Below, in pieces: positions 10,393 to 18,904 of a DNA stretch of 64,000 nt. The notes beneath the pieces are model-generated. The model was not told the DNA's origin. It ran no database searches and saw only the letters and a list, made by a program, of their open reading frames with translations. A program made the position numbers and the translations under genes. Location: assembly GCF_030013595.1 (NCBI RefSeq), contig NZ_CP122768.1. The stretch is one strand, 5' to 3'. The stretch comes from Escherichia coli. Its GTDB lineage: Bacteria; Pseudomonadota; Gammaproteobacteria; Enterobacterales; Enterobacteriaceae. Position 1 is the stretch's first letter. The number at the start of each line of letters is the position of its first letter.

Positions 10393-10713
10393 TACTCACT
10401 TTTTAATCCTTATATATACGCAAAAGTGAGGTAAATAGTTAAGTTTTAGTTAATATCTTGCATGGTGTGTTTTTTAACCTACCTGTTATTTTTATTACCT
10501 CATTTCTATTAACTCACCATTCCTCACTTTTGTTCCTCACTTTTTATTATTCTTGTTCTGCTCCTCAGTCGTTTTCTTTATTGTTGTAATCTGTTGTTTT
10601 GCAATGTGTTTTTAACTCCTCACTTTTTGACCTATATACAGGTGAGAAAGTGAGGAGTGGCGTTGATTTTTTGTTAAATTACCCGCCATCCTCACTTTTG
10701 CTCCTCACTTTTT
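10393..10713. repeat. Iteron-type replication origin: at least 7 copies of CCTCACTTTT (direct and inverted) in AT-rich DNA immediately 3' of rep
   Basis: Copies at about 10395, 10421 (inv), 10522, 10534, 10617, 10645 (inv), 10691, 10703. Confidence 0.6.
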
Positions 10714-12127
10714 ACAGTGGGCGCACATAATCACCGTCAATAGCGATTACGCCGTCGCTTTCCAGCTTGTACAGCCAGCGCCGGAAGTTTTTCATTTCAT
10801 ACCCCAGCTTTTTCATATCATCGCGGAGAAGGGCGATAGTGCACGCCTCCCCGTGTGCTGTTCGCGTTCTGATGCACTGCCATAGCGCAGCGTGATTTTC
10901 CGTCTTGTTCCCGGCCTCCTCGATGCGTTCCAGTTCAACAGGTGGGCGCGGCTTATCCACAACCACCAGCGACGTGATTAACTCCCCGTCAGTGTCGGTA
11001 AAAAGCTCCACCACGCGTAAATCATATGCAGCCTCTTTCAGTTCCTCCGCGTCCTTCATTTTGGTGCAGGAGATAACCAGGGCTTCACTGTCCGCACCTT
11101 CACGGCGAATACGGTATTCAGCGTCCAGAGATGCACGAAATGCACTGGAACCACGCGCCCCTTTTGTTTCATCCTTGCCGGAATGGTGAACCACCAGTAC
11201 CGTGGCCCCTGTGCGTCGTTTCAGTTCGTCACATCCACGGATAAACGCCCCCATATCCCGCGCGTCATTTTCATCATTACCGCCAAAGCAACGCGCCAGC
11301 GTATCCAGAATAATCATGCGTACCGGTTTACCCGTTTCCCGTTCAACCTGACGGGAAGCGATGACCATTTCATCAACATCAAGCGGGACCGCCGGAAAAA
11401 TCGGGCGGTTTACCAGGTACAGATTTTTCACCCGTTCATCATTAACGATTTCCCATGCTTTGATACGACGAGGAACACCGATCCCGCCCTCACCAACGAC
11501 ATACATAACCGCACCATGTACAACCCTGCGACCTCCCCAGTGGCGACCAGTGGCAACATGACACGCCCAGGAACACGCGAGGAACGATTTATAGGAACCG
11601 CTCGCGCCGTATGTGCTGCACAACGAATTAGCCGGAATCACGCCCTTAACGACATAATCAAGCTGTGTGTCGTATCCTGCAGATCCAATACTCATTGGTA
11701 GCGTGGTTTTTCGCTGGCTGTATTGCTCGTCAGTAAGTATTTCCCCGCGCTCTGCCTGTTCGCGGATCCGTTGCAGGTAGTCGTGCCAGTTCTCCAGCTT
11801 CTGGCTGTGCATTCCCTCAGGGTAATAATTCGCATCCCGTACACCTGCCGCCGCCAGTTTTTGCCCGATGGCATTAATATTTGACGGCTTGATGTGGCCT
11901 GCCTTGTACAGCCGGACACAATAGCGACCATCGTCGATAATTTTCAGGTCTGCCAGTTCGTCAAGCTGGCTGTCTCCCAGCCATACAGGCGGAACATTGT
12001 CGCCAGCAAGTCGCCCGTCCTGTTCCTGCCATTGTTTCGCGTGCGCCCAGGCATCACTACCCGCAAAAATAATGACTTCGGTCATTTTGTCGTGTGGCTG
12101 TTTTTTTAAGTTCGGTGCCAGTTTCAT
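10712..12127 (-). CDS. RepA-like replicative helicase / AAA_25-type ATPase (471 aa)
   Basis: Walker A GASGSYKS, Walker B MIILDTL, VVHHSGK; adjacent iterons. Confidence 0.7.
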   Translation of the reverse strand: MKLAPNLKKQPHDKMTEVIIFAGSDAWAHAKQWQEQDGRLAGDNVPPVWLGDSQLDELADLKIIDDGRYCVRLYKAGHIKPSNINAIGQKLAAAGVRDANYYPEGMHSQKLENWHDYLQRIREQAERGEILTDEQYSQRKTTLPMSIGSAGYDTQLDYVVKGVIPANSLCSTYGASGSYKSFLACSWACHVATGRHWGGRRVVHGAVMYVVGEGGIGVPRRIKAWEIVNDERVKNLYLVNRPIFPAVPLDVDEMVIASRQVERETGKPVRMIILDTLARCFGGNDENDARDMGAFIRGCDELKRRTGATVLVVHHSGKDETKGARGSSAFRASLDAEYRIRREGADSEALVISCTKMKDAEELKEAAYDLRVVELFTDTDGELITSLVVVDKPRPPVELERIEEAGNKTENHAALWQCIRTRTAHGEACTIALLRDDMKKLGYEMKNFRRWLYKLESDGVIAIDGDYVRPL

Positions 12128-12423
12128 TTTGTGCCCCTGAATGCGTTAATCATGTTTTTCATTTTCTGAATATTTGCCCGTGCCTTTGCGTTGCTGGTGG
12201 GCTGTTTGCGTGGTGTGGCCTGTATCAGTGAAAAATCACGCCGGAACTGATAAACAGGCATCACGCAGTCGTAGCTGTACCCATCACGGCGGTAAGTAAC
12301 GCACCGTCCGGCAATACTTTTAATCGTTACCGTGCCGCCGTAGTTATCCCGGAAAATATCGCCGGGGCGGATTTCAGGCCGAGGGAGACCACTGGCAGTA
12401 AAGCCAGAATTTTTCTTTTTCAT
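12124..12423 (-). CDS. Hypothetical protein (99 aa), translationally coupled to rep (4-bp overlap)
   Basis: ORF; operon packing. Confidence 0.45.
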   Translation of the reverse strand: MKKKNSGFTASGLPRPEIRPGDIFRDNYGGTVTIKSIAGRCVTYRRDGYSYDCVMPVYQFRRDFSLIQATPRKQPTSNAKARANIQKMKNMINAFRGTK

Positions 12424-12427
12424 GGTT

Positions 12428-12628
12428 TTATTTTCCTGTCAGCAGTTCCGGTTTTATTTCCGCACGAATACAGAGTTCAGAAAAAAATTCAGGAGAACCA
12501 ACAATCTCATTACTTTTCAGTCGGCATTGTGATTTCACTTTCCCTTTATCCAGGTAAACCAGTATGCGTCCGGTGAAATCATCTGGCACACTCAGGGTAA
12601 TTGTCATTGTTGCTTGCTGATTATCCAT
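12428..12628 (-). CDS. Hypothetical protein (66 aa) with one FTG-x-LV repeat unit
   Basis: Shares about 50-aa repeat with upstream 121-aa protein. Confidence 0.4.
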   Translation of the reverse strand: MDNQQATMTITLSVPDDFTGRILVYLDKGKVKSQCRLKSNEIVGSPEFFSELCIRAEIKPELLTGK

Positions 12629-12986
12629 GATTCACCCCCTGAATAACCTGATAACCGCAACTGGTCAGCAATTCGATAAATTCCGGCAGTGTTCCGAAAC
12701 AGCAATCATCTCGCAGCCGTTCTCGGGATACTTCAACGCCGTTTTCGTAGTGACTCACCATGCGTCCGGTAAAATGCAGATCATCATCGTGATGGCTCGT
12801 TAACGGCTTAATCAGTCGCGCACGTTCTGCCAGCTCCAGCAATGCTTCAACGCTTCCGGCAATTGCACCATCCGGCAGGTGATAATTACTTGCCACGCGT
12901 CCATTCTCCACGTTAACCAGTAGCTGCCCGGTGAATTTCTCATCAAACTGAATGCTGTTAAGGTCAGAAATTGACAGGTTAATCAT
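12621..12986 (-). CDS. Hypothetical protein (121 aa) with two internal FTG-x-LV repeat units
   Basis: Internal duplication visible in translation; 8-bp overlaps with neighbours. Confidence 0.45.
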   Translation of the reverse strand: MINLSISDLNSIQFDEKFTGQLLVNVENGRVASNYHLPDGAIAGSVEALLELAERARLIKPLTSHHDDDLHFTGRMVSHYENGVEVSRERLRDDCCFGTLPEFIELLTSCGYQVIQGVNHG

Positions 12987-13344
12987 GGCGTACCTCCTGG
13001 CGAATACGGGCAGCGAATACCATCACGCAGCCATCAGGAGATTGCTGGCGTGCTTCCTGTTCGCTGGTGGCCACGATGTGAATCACGCGCGGTTGTGCGG
13101 TGCTCAGGGCGATAAAACGCCAGATAAAATTGTTTTCGCATTTCTGAATAAACAGCGTGTTTTCTTCGCGCCCTTTCCATGTTGCCGAGATATAGCCCAT
13201 GCCATTGAGCATCTCGCAGGCATCAACCAGCGTATCAGCGGCTACGTGTACAGTGTTTTTACCGTCAGCTATGCAATCACGGTGCACCGCCAGGAAGGTG
13301 TATATAAATTTAGGGTGAGTTTGGGTATGCTGTGTTCCAGCCAT
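12979..13344 (-). CDS. Hypothetical protein (121 aa); first gene of alpA-distal operon
   Basis: ATG at 13344 with AGGT RBS; the 478-aa ORF-track extension to 14415 is judged spurious. Confidence 0.45.
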   Translation of the reverse strand: MAGTQHTQTHPKFIYTFLAVHRDCIADGKNTVHVAADTLVDACEMLNGMGYISATWKGREENTLFIQKCENNFIWRFIALSTAQPRVIHIVATSEQEARQQSPDGCVMVFAARIRQEVRHD

Positions 13345-13545
13345 AATCGTTACCTCATTTAACGGTTTGGTTAGAAGCCCCGTTACTGCTCCAACAGTGC
13401 GGGGCTTCGTCGTTTCAATTGCTGAATTGCATGTATCAGCCCTTGTGGTATTCAGATTACATTTTGGTGAATACCATTTCAAGTCTTTTTTGGTATTCAC
13501 TTTTGTATTACACTGCATCCCGTTATTAATCGGAGGTGCAAACAT

Positions 13546-13849
13546 GTCCACGAGTTCTGTTAACAATAAGTCACAGCAACTGAATGCCAGATTTCCACAT
13601 GAAGTAGTGAGTGGCATTGAGGCATCCCTACAGCCAGGGGAAACTAAAGCGAATTTTATAGTTACGGCTGTACGCGGTGAGATCGCCCGCCGCCAGGCAG
13701 AAGGAAGCGGAGAAAACCCCCTGGTTTCTTCGCTCGATGCGCTGGCGCAGGTGGAAAAAATCGGAGTCAAAGCTGCCGAGGAGATCGGGCAGCTCGTCAC
13801 CGTCGCACGTGAAGAACTCCAGCGCCGCAAGGCCAAAGAATCAGAATAA
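13546..13849 (+). CDS. Putative ribbon-helix-helix-like DNA-binding protein (101 aa), divergent from the rep operon
   Basis: GGAGG RBS; inverted repeats TGGTATTCA / TGAATACCA at about 13445-13500 upstream. Confidence 0.4.
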
Positions 13850-13906
13850 TAACTATCATCGCCGTGGTGTGAGGAACTCCGGCGCATTGCTTTACAGGTA
13901 CACAGA

Positions 13907-14107
13907 ATGACCAACAAAGAATCAACCAAAACACCATCACCAACCCGGAAGAGACGTCGCAAAAATATGACGCACGAGCATGAATCAGACAGATTCGCGC
14001 CGTGTGCGTTTGTCCTTGAGACGTTCCTTAAAGAGTACAGGCGCACAAAATTAGGGCCACATACCTGGAAAACATCGCGACATAGCGATATTAAAGAGCA
14101 GGAATAG
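13907..14107 (+). CDS. Hypothetical small basic protein (66 aa)
   Basis: ORF downstream of RHH-like gene; R/K-rich N-terminus. Confidence 0.3.
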   Translation: MTNKESTKTPSPTRKRRRKNMTHEHESDRFAPCAFVLETFLKEYRRTKLGPHTWKTSRHSDIKEQE

Positions 14108-14240
14108 CCCACCAGCAAGTCAGCATATTCACCATAATGACCCTCGGTTAAACCTAGAGTCATTGGTGCAAACCTGACACATTGCCCACCAGCCAGCAAA
14201 TCGCTATGATATTTGGGCTTATGTTTAGTGTTTTCCCATT

Positions 14241-14268
14241 GGCGACCGCCCCCGGTCGCCTTTGTTTT
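14241..14268 (+). terminator. Rho-independent terminator (GGCGACCG-cccc-CGGTCGCC + T-run)
   Basis: Perfect 8-bp stem followed by TTTGTTTTG. Confidence 0.55.
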
Positions 14269-14321
14269 GCCCGTTATCCGGCAATTGTGGCGCTTCGCCA
14301 CACGGTTGATATAATTCCCCT

Positions 14322-14392
14322 GCACTGATCCATTTTTTTCGCAGCAGGTTAATTGTTCGCAAGGGCGCTCCGGCAACGGGGCGCTTTTTGTT
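14322..14392 (+). ncRNA. Candidate ~70-nt small RNA: extended -10 (TGaTATAAT, 14307-14315) to terminator hairpin 14361-14389 with GNRA-like loop and T-run
   Basis: Promoter-like element and terminator ~70 nt apart in a 310-bp non-coding gap, convergent with alpA 3' end. Confidence 0.3.
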
Positions 14393-14419
14393 ATGTTCAT
14401 CGCGTTACGCCTCACACCA

Positions 14420-14626
14420 TTACGCAGCCGTTCCGCGCGCTTCTTCCTCGCGCTCTTTCAGCCAGGCCAGCACTTCATCTTCATACCAGCCAACACGACG
14501 CAGACCGATTTTGAAGCCTTTCGGGAATTTTCCGGCGTTGATCATGTCCTGTAGCGAACTGTCTGCCTTGATGCGCAGAATATTTTTTACTTCCTGACGG
14601 GTAAGTATTTTTCTGATTGTTTCCAC
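14420..14626 (-). CDS. alpA: AlpA-family transcriptional regulator (68 aa)
   Basis: Typical AlpA/Vis-like size and HTH (LRIKADSSLQDMINAGKFPKGFKIG) next to integrase. Confidence 0.75.
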   Translation of the reverse strand: METIRKILTRQEVKNILRIKADSSLQDMINAGKFPKGFKIGLRRVGWYEDEVLAWLKEREEEARGTAA

Positions 14627-14690
14627 TATGTTTTACCTCGTTAATCCGGCGTATTCCGGTGATAAATACGGTAAAACAGGGCAGGGCGGG

Positions 14691-14732
14691 AAAAACAGTA
14701 CCCACCGTTTTAAAACGGTACCCACTGTTTTT
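14691..14732. promoter_or_regulatory. Tandem operator-like sites AAAAC(A/G)GTACCCAC(C/T)GTTTT x2 upstream of alpA
   Basis: Two 20-bp near-identical units in the alpA promoter region. Confidence 0.4.
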
Positions 14733-14795
14733 ATCTCATTGATTACGCTTTTCTTTCTGCAAAAAAATAGCGACCGCAAAGGGCCGCTATTGTGA

Positions 14796-15026
14796 TTACC
14801 GTTTCCACTTCTTAGGTCGCCCACCGCATTTAAGGCTGGTGGGCCTCAGCACCTTGTCGATGCTTTCAGCCAGATTTTTCGATGCACCACGCGAGCGCAA
14901 AAAACTGACTACCTCGTGTTTTGTGGGGGCTGTTGATTTGTCTTCCGGATCGTATGTTGACCAGAATTCACGATTTGCCATTAACGCCAGTTGCAGCCCT
15001 TCGCCGTAGGCGGTGGTATTTTGCAT
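14796..15026 (-). CDS. Hypothetical small protein (76 aa) between int and alpA
   Basis: ORF only. Confidence 0.25.
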   Translation of the reverse strand: MQNTTAYGEGLQLALMANREFWSTYDPEDKSTAPTKHEVVSFLRSRGASKNLAESIDKVLRPTSLKCGGRPKKWKR

Positions 15027-15124
15027 AATAGAATTTTCATATACTCCGGCCTTGTCGTTAAATTTGTGGCAATTATACGATGGTTTGGCATGGTTTGCAT
15101 CGCTTTTACTGGCTTTTTGTACAG

Positions 15125-16366
15125 CTACACGGCACGGATACCCCTTTTACCGCTGGCTATGGTCACTCCGGTAGCTGCAGCCTCCACAAATTCACCCCAC
15201 CAGCGCATAAGCACCACGCGCTTTTCCAGGTAGTTACTTCGGTTATATGCCCGCCTTACCTCGTTCGTGTCCACGTGTGCGAGTGCGGCCTCGATTACGT
15301 CCGGTTCGAATCCTTCCTCGTTCGCTGCTGTGCTGAATATGGCGCGTAATCCGTGAGACACCAGCACACCAGCGTAACCCATCCGGCGTAATGCAGCGTT
15401 AGCGGTCTGGCTGCTCATTGGCAGCATCGGATTTTTAAGGCTGGGAAAAACGTGTTCCCTGTGTGCGCTGATTGGCTTCATGGTTTCCAGTACAGCCATA
15501 GCCTGACCGCAAAGGGGGATCACATGGTCACGGCGCATCTTCATGCGTCCGGCTGGAATCGTCCAGGTTTCGGCATCGAGATCTATTTCTTCCCAGCGTG
15601 CGGCGGCTGCTTCGGCTGGGCGTGCTACGGTCAGCAGTTGCCACTCAATCAGCAATCTGGTTTGCCGTTCTATGCTGGCGACCGATAAATCGTGCATTAG
15701 CTGCGGTAGCTGTTCCGGTCGGATGGTTGGCATGTGCTTTTTGGTGGGTGAGGGGAATGCCTTGCGGACGTTCGCGGCGGTGTTGATGTCAATCAGCCCA
15801 CTGTTGGCGGCAAAATCCATCACTTCATTGATGCGCTGCAAAACGCGTTTCAGAGTTTCCAGGTTGCCGCGTGCTTTAATGGGGGTGAGTATCTCAACAA
15901 AGCGGCGAGCGGTGAGGGTATCTATTGGCGTGTTTCCGATGTACGGGAATACGTATTTTTCCAGGGATCGCCAGATATCCTTAATCGTGTTGTAAGCCAG
16001 ATTCTGGCCTTTTTTCATCTCGTACCAGTCCGAGGCAACTTTTTCGAACGTGTTGCCCTTTTTCCGGCTCTCTGCTTCACGTTTCCGGCGTTCATGGTCC
16101 TGTGGGTCAGTTCCCTTTGCTATTAGTGACCTGTATTCATTCCGTCGCTCTCTGGCATCAGACAGGGAAACATCATTCAGCGATCCAAGGCTGATAATAG
16201 TCCGTTTTTTATCTGCCGGGCGGTAGTACGTAAAACGCCATATTTTTGATCCGGAGGGCTTCACCAGAAGAAATAATCCTCCGCCATCCTGCAGGGTGTA
16301 TTCCTTTTCCCCTGGTCGTGCGTTTTTGATCTCCGTAATGGTTAGTGGGGTGGTTTTTCGTGCCAT
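15125..16366 (-). CDS. Tyrosine site-specific integrase (P4-type, 413 aa)
   Basis: N-terminal arm-binding-like region and C-terminal catalytic domain (HGLRAIFST ... R..Y); adjacent repeat cluster. Confidence 0.85.
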   Translation of the reverse strand: MARKTTPLTITEIKNARPGEKEYTLQDGGGLFLLVKPSGSKIWRFTYYRPADKKRTIISLGSLNDVSLSDARERRNEYRSLIAKGTDPQDHERRKREAESRKKGNTFEKVASDWYEMKKGQNLAYNTIKDIWRSLEKYVFPYIGNTPIDTLTARRFVEILTPIKARGNLETLKRVLQRINEVMDFAANSGLIDINTAANVRKAFPSPTKKHMPTIRPEQLPQLMHDLSVASIERQTRLLIEWQLLTVARPAEAAAARWEEIDLDAETWTIPAGRMKMRRDHVIPLCGQAMAVLETMKPISAHREHVFPSLKNPMLPMSSQTANAALRRMGYAGVLVSHGLRAIFSTAANEEGFEPDVIEAALAHVDTNEVRRAYNRSNYLEKRVVLMRWWGEFVEAAATGVTIASGKRGIRAV

Positions 16367-16380
16367 GTTTTTTTACCCAT

Positions 16381-16457
16381 CGGTAGCTATATGCCTGGTC
16401 GTAGCTATACGGCTTTAGCTACACGCTGGACCGTATAGCTAAACGTGTAGCTAAAAA
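16381..16457. repeat. Integrase-proximal repeat cluster (GTAGCTATAC / CGTATAGCTA / CGTGTAGCTA inverted and direct units) including right copy of sub-terminal repeat (16432-16457)
   Basis: Matches left copy at 5904-5929. Confidence 0.55.
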
Positions 16458-16509
16458 ATCCGGTTATAACCCTATCTTACCGATTCAATCCGGCGACTGA
16501 AAACAACAA

Positions 16510-16543
16510 AAAAGCCCGTTAATCAGTAAATTAACGGGCTTTC
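16510..16543 (-). terminator. Hairpin AGCCCGTTAAT-loop-ATTAACGGGCT with T-run on minus strand
   Basis: 11-bp stem; on the minus strand followed by TTTTTTGTTGTTTT. Confidence 0.4.
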
Positions 16544-16555
16544 AATAGGTTACCG

Positions 16556-16710
16556 ATGCTGTCCGATATTCAATTTGGTCGGCACGAGATGATCAATATA
16601 GTGAAAATGGTGATGGATGCCGGGCTGCCTTATAGCATATTACGCGATCAGATATTTACTCATCCGTCGATGAGCGAATCACTCAATGATCTATTTTCAT
16701 TAGTCAAATA
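16556..16710 (+). pseudogene. rclA: rclA 3' remnant encoding ...HEMINIVKMVMDAGLPYSILRDQIFTHPSMSESLNDLFSLVK*
   Basis: Matches remembered RclA C-terminal dimerisation region; in-frame ATG at 16556 is element-derived. Confidence 0.7.
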
Positions 16711-16819
16711 AACTCAAAATCAGACGCCAGAACAAATATTCTGGCGTCTCAGAGAAAAGAATCTTATTAATTCCCTGTTACTTTATAACTTCTTAATCAC
16801 TTCATTGATGGTATTTTAT

Positions 16820-17056
16820 ATGTTTAAAAAACCTGTTTTATTTGCAACACTATTATCTGGCGTTATGGCATTTTCCACCAATGCAGATGATAAAATAATT
16901 CTGAAACATATCAGCGTCTCGTCAGTATCAGCATCACCGACAGTTCTTGAGGATGCCATTGCTGATATGGCCAGAAAATATAATGCTTCATCCTGGAAAG
17001 TTACATCGATGCGAATTGATAATAATTCAACCGCAACAGCAGTATTGTATAAATAA
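16820..17056 (+). CDS. rclB: Small periplasmic DUF1471 protein RclB (78 aa)
   Basis: Signal peptide then YdgH/BhsA-like domain; position between rclA and rclC. Confidence 0.8.
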   Translation: MFKKPVLFATLLSGVMAFSTNADDKIILKHISVSSVSASPTVLEDAIADMARKYNASSWKVTSMRIDNNSTATAVLYK

Positions 17057-17058
17057 GG

Positions 17059-17661
17059 ATGTTCACAATGGAAAAATACCTGCACCTGTTAAGTCAGGGA
17101 GATAAAATTGGCCTGACATTGATTCGTCTGAGTATTGCGATTGTTTTTATGTGGATTGGGTTATTAAAGTTTGTCCCTTACGAGGCAGACAGCATTACAC
17201 CATTCGTCGCAAACAGTCCACTAATGTCGTTCTTTTATGAACACCCGGAAGACTATAAACAGTATCTGACTCACGAAGGCGAATACAAACCAGAAGCAAG
17301 GGCATGGCAAACGGCCAATAATACCTATGGTTTTTCCAACGGTCTTGGCGTCGTGGAGGTGATTATTGCTCTGCTGGTTTTGGCTAATCCTGTCAATCGC
17401 TGGTTAGGTTTATTGGGAGGGCTGATGGCATTTACCACACCGTTGGTAACACTCTCATTTTTAATCACCACCCCGGAGGCATGGGTACCCGCATTGGGTG
17501 ACGCTCATCATGGTTTCCCTTATTTATCCGGTGCTGGTCGCCTGGTATTGAAAGATACTCTGATGCTGGCAGGTGCTGTCATGATAATGGCAGATTCGGC
17601 GCGGGACATTCTTAAACAACGCAGTAATGAATCCAGTTCAACGTTAAAAACTGAATATTGA
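17059..17661 (+). CDS. rclC: DoxX-like inner membrane protein RclC (about 197-200 aa)
   Basis: Multiple hydrophobic helices; operon position. Confidence 0.8.
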   Translation: MFTMEKYLHLLSQGDKIGLTLIRLSIAIVFMWIGLLKFVPYEADSITPFVANSPLMSFFYEHPEDYKQYLTHEGEYKPEARAWQTANNTYGFSNGLGVVEVIIALLVLANPVNRWLGLLGGLMAFTTPLVTLSFLITTPEAWVPALGDAHHGFPYLSGAGRLVLKDTLMLAGAVMIMADSARDILKQRSNESSSTLKTEY

Positions 17662-17820
17662 TAATCCGAACACTGTCTGTTGTTCACTTTTTCAGGCGTC
17701 AGGCCCCCTTTCTGATGATGAAGCCTGACGCCATATTACCGGAGATATGACAGAGTGAAGATCAATATCACTCCCCTGTTAAAAGATTCTTGTCGTCTCA
17801 GGTAAAATACATGATTAATA

Positions 17821-18705
17821 TCAATCATGTATTTTTACAGCAAGACAACCACGAACAAACTCAGGATTAAAATGTTTTACCGATTCCCCAACATAACCCA
17901 AATCAAGCGAACTAATTTGCGCCATTTCTTTCTCTGTCAGTGAGAAATCCCAAATAGCAAAATTTTCTTCGATACGCTGTTGATGTGTCGATTTCGGAAT
18001 AACGACCACTCCCCGTTGAATATTCCAACGCAGAATGACTTGAGAAATCGATTTTTGATGGGCATCTGCAATACTCTGAAGCAGATTATTTTCAAAGGGT
18101 TTATGTCGTCCACCACCTAACGGAGCCCATGCTTCAGGCTGCACGATATAATACTTCATGGTTGCCAGCGCCTCTGGTTGGGCAAAATAGGGATGCAACT
18201 CGACCTGGTTGACCATCGGTTTAACTCTTACCGTTTCACAAAAGTTCGCCAGAACATGAGGATAGAAATTGGAAACCCCAATCGCTTTTAATTTGCCCTC
18301 TTCATAGGCATCTTCGAGTGCACGCCACGCACTGAAATAATCGCGCATAGCCTGGTGCAATAAATAGAGGTCGAAGTATTCTAGTCCCGATTTTTTTAAT
18401 GACGCTTCAATACCTGCTTTTGCCGTATCCTGATTCAACATATCCTGCACCCACAATTTAGACGTTATAAATAACTCTTCTCGGGTACATAAACCTTCAG
18501 ATATGGCTTCACGAACGGCTTCACCGACGGCATCTTCATTACCGTATACCGCTGCAGTGTCGATGAGTCGATAACCCGTGCGGATAGCATTCAGCACTGA
18601 CTGTTTGCACACGTCTTTATCGGTAACCTGAAAAACACCAAATCCCATCATCGGCATTTTCAGATTGTTACTTAATACGGAAAATTCCACTGTCAGTCCC
18701 TCCAT
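17821..18705 (-). CDS. Aldo-keto reductase (294 aa)
   Basis: AKR signatures ([27 protein letters not shown]). Confidence 0.8.
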   Translation of the reverse strand: MEGLTVEFSVLSNNLKMPMMGFGVFQVTDKDVCKQSVLNAIRTGYRLIDTAAVYGNEDAVGEAVREAISEGLCTREELFITSKLWVQDMLNQDTAKAGIEASLKKSGLEYFDLYLLHQAMRDYFSAWRALEDAYEEGKLKAIGVSNFYPHVLANFCETVRVKPMVNQVELHPYFAQPEALATMKYYIVQPEAWAPLGGGRHKPFENNLLQSIADAHQKSISQVILRWNIQRGVVVIPKSTHQQRIEENFAIWDFSLTEKEMAQISSLDLGYVGESVKHFNPEFVRGCLAVKIHD

Positions 18706-18904
18706 TAGGCATGAACAATGAGTCTACGTTAAAACGTAACCTCAAATTAGTATGTGGATTTTGATATCACTTATGCAAAAAATTCATTAATAATGTAGGA
18801 CTGAAACCTCTCTATTTTTGGGGCAATGAAGCAGACGCTATCAGTGCTTTTGCCTTGGGCCTTGCTGTTTTTGATACACTTAGGGCCCAGGGCATAACGA
18901 AAAT

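Larger units (their letters stand above)
5836..16582. mobile_element. PICI-like phage satellite / integrative element (~10.7 kb) inserted in the 3' end of rclA
   Basis: Integrase at one end, AlpA, RepA-like helicase plus iterons, TerS-like gene with cos-like repeats; CACGAG at both junctions (5835-5840, 16583-16588); rclA 3' remnant resumes at 16583. Confidence 0.75.

Noticed and set aside
6719-10713. Repeat arrays (TTGACAC block and CCTCACTTTT block) considered as CRISPR arrays
   Set aside because: Units are 7-11 bp with irregular spacing and mixed orientation, there are no uniform spacers and no cas genes; they fit cos-like and iteron functions.
12979-14415. 478-aa minus-strand ORF spanning most of the alpA-rep gap
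   Set aside because: Only the last 121 codons (12979-13344) have a good RBS and gene-like composition; the upstream part is Cys/Ser/Thr-rich nonsense running antisense to two plus-strand genes and through two terminators.
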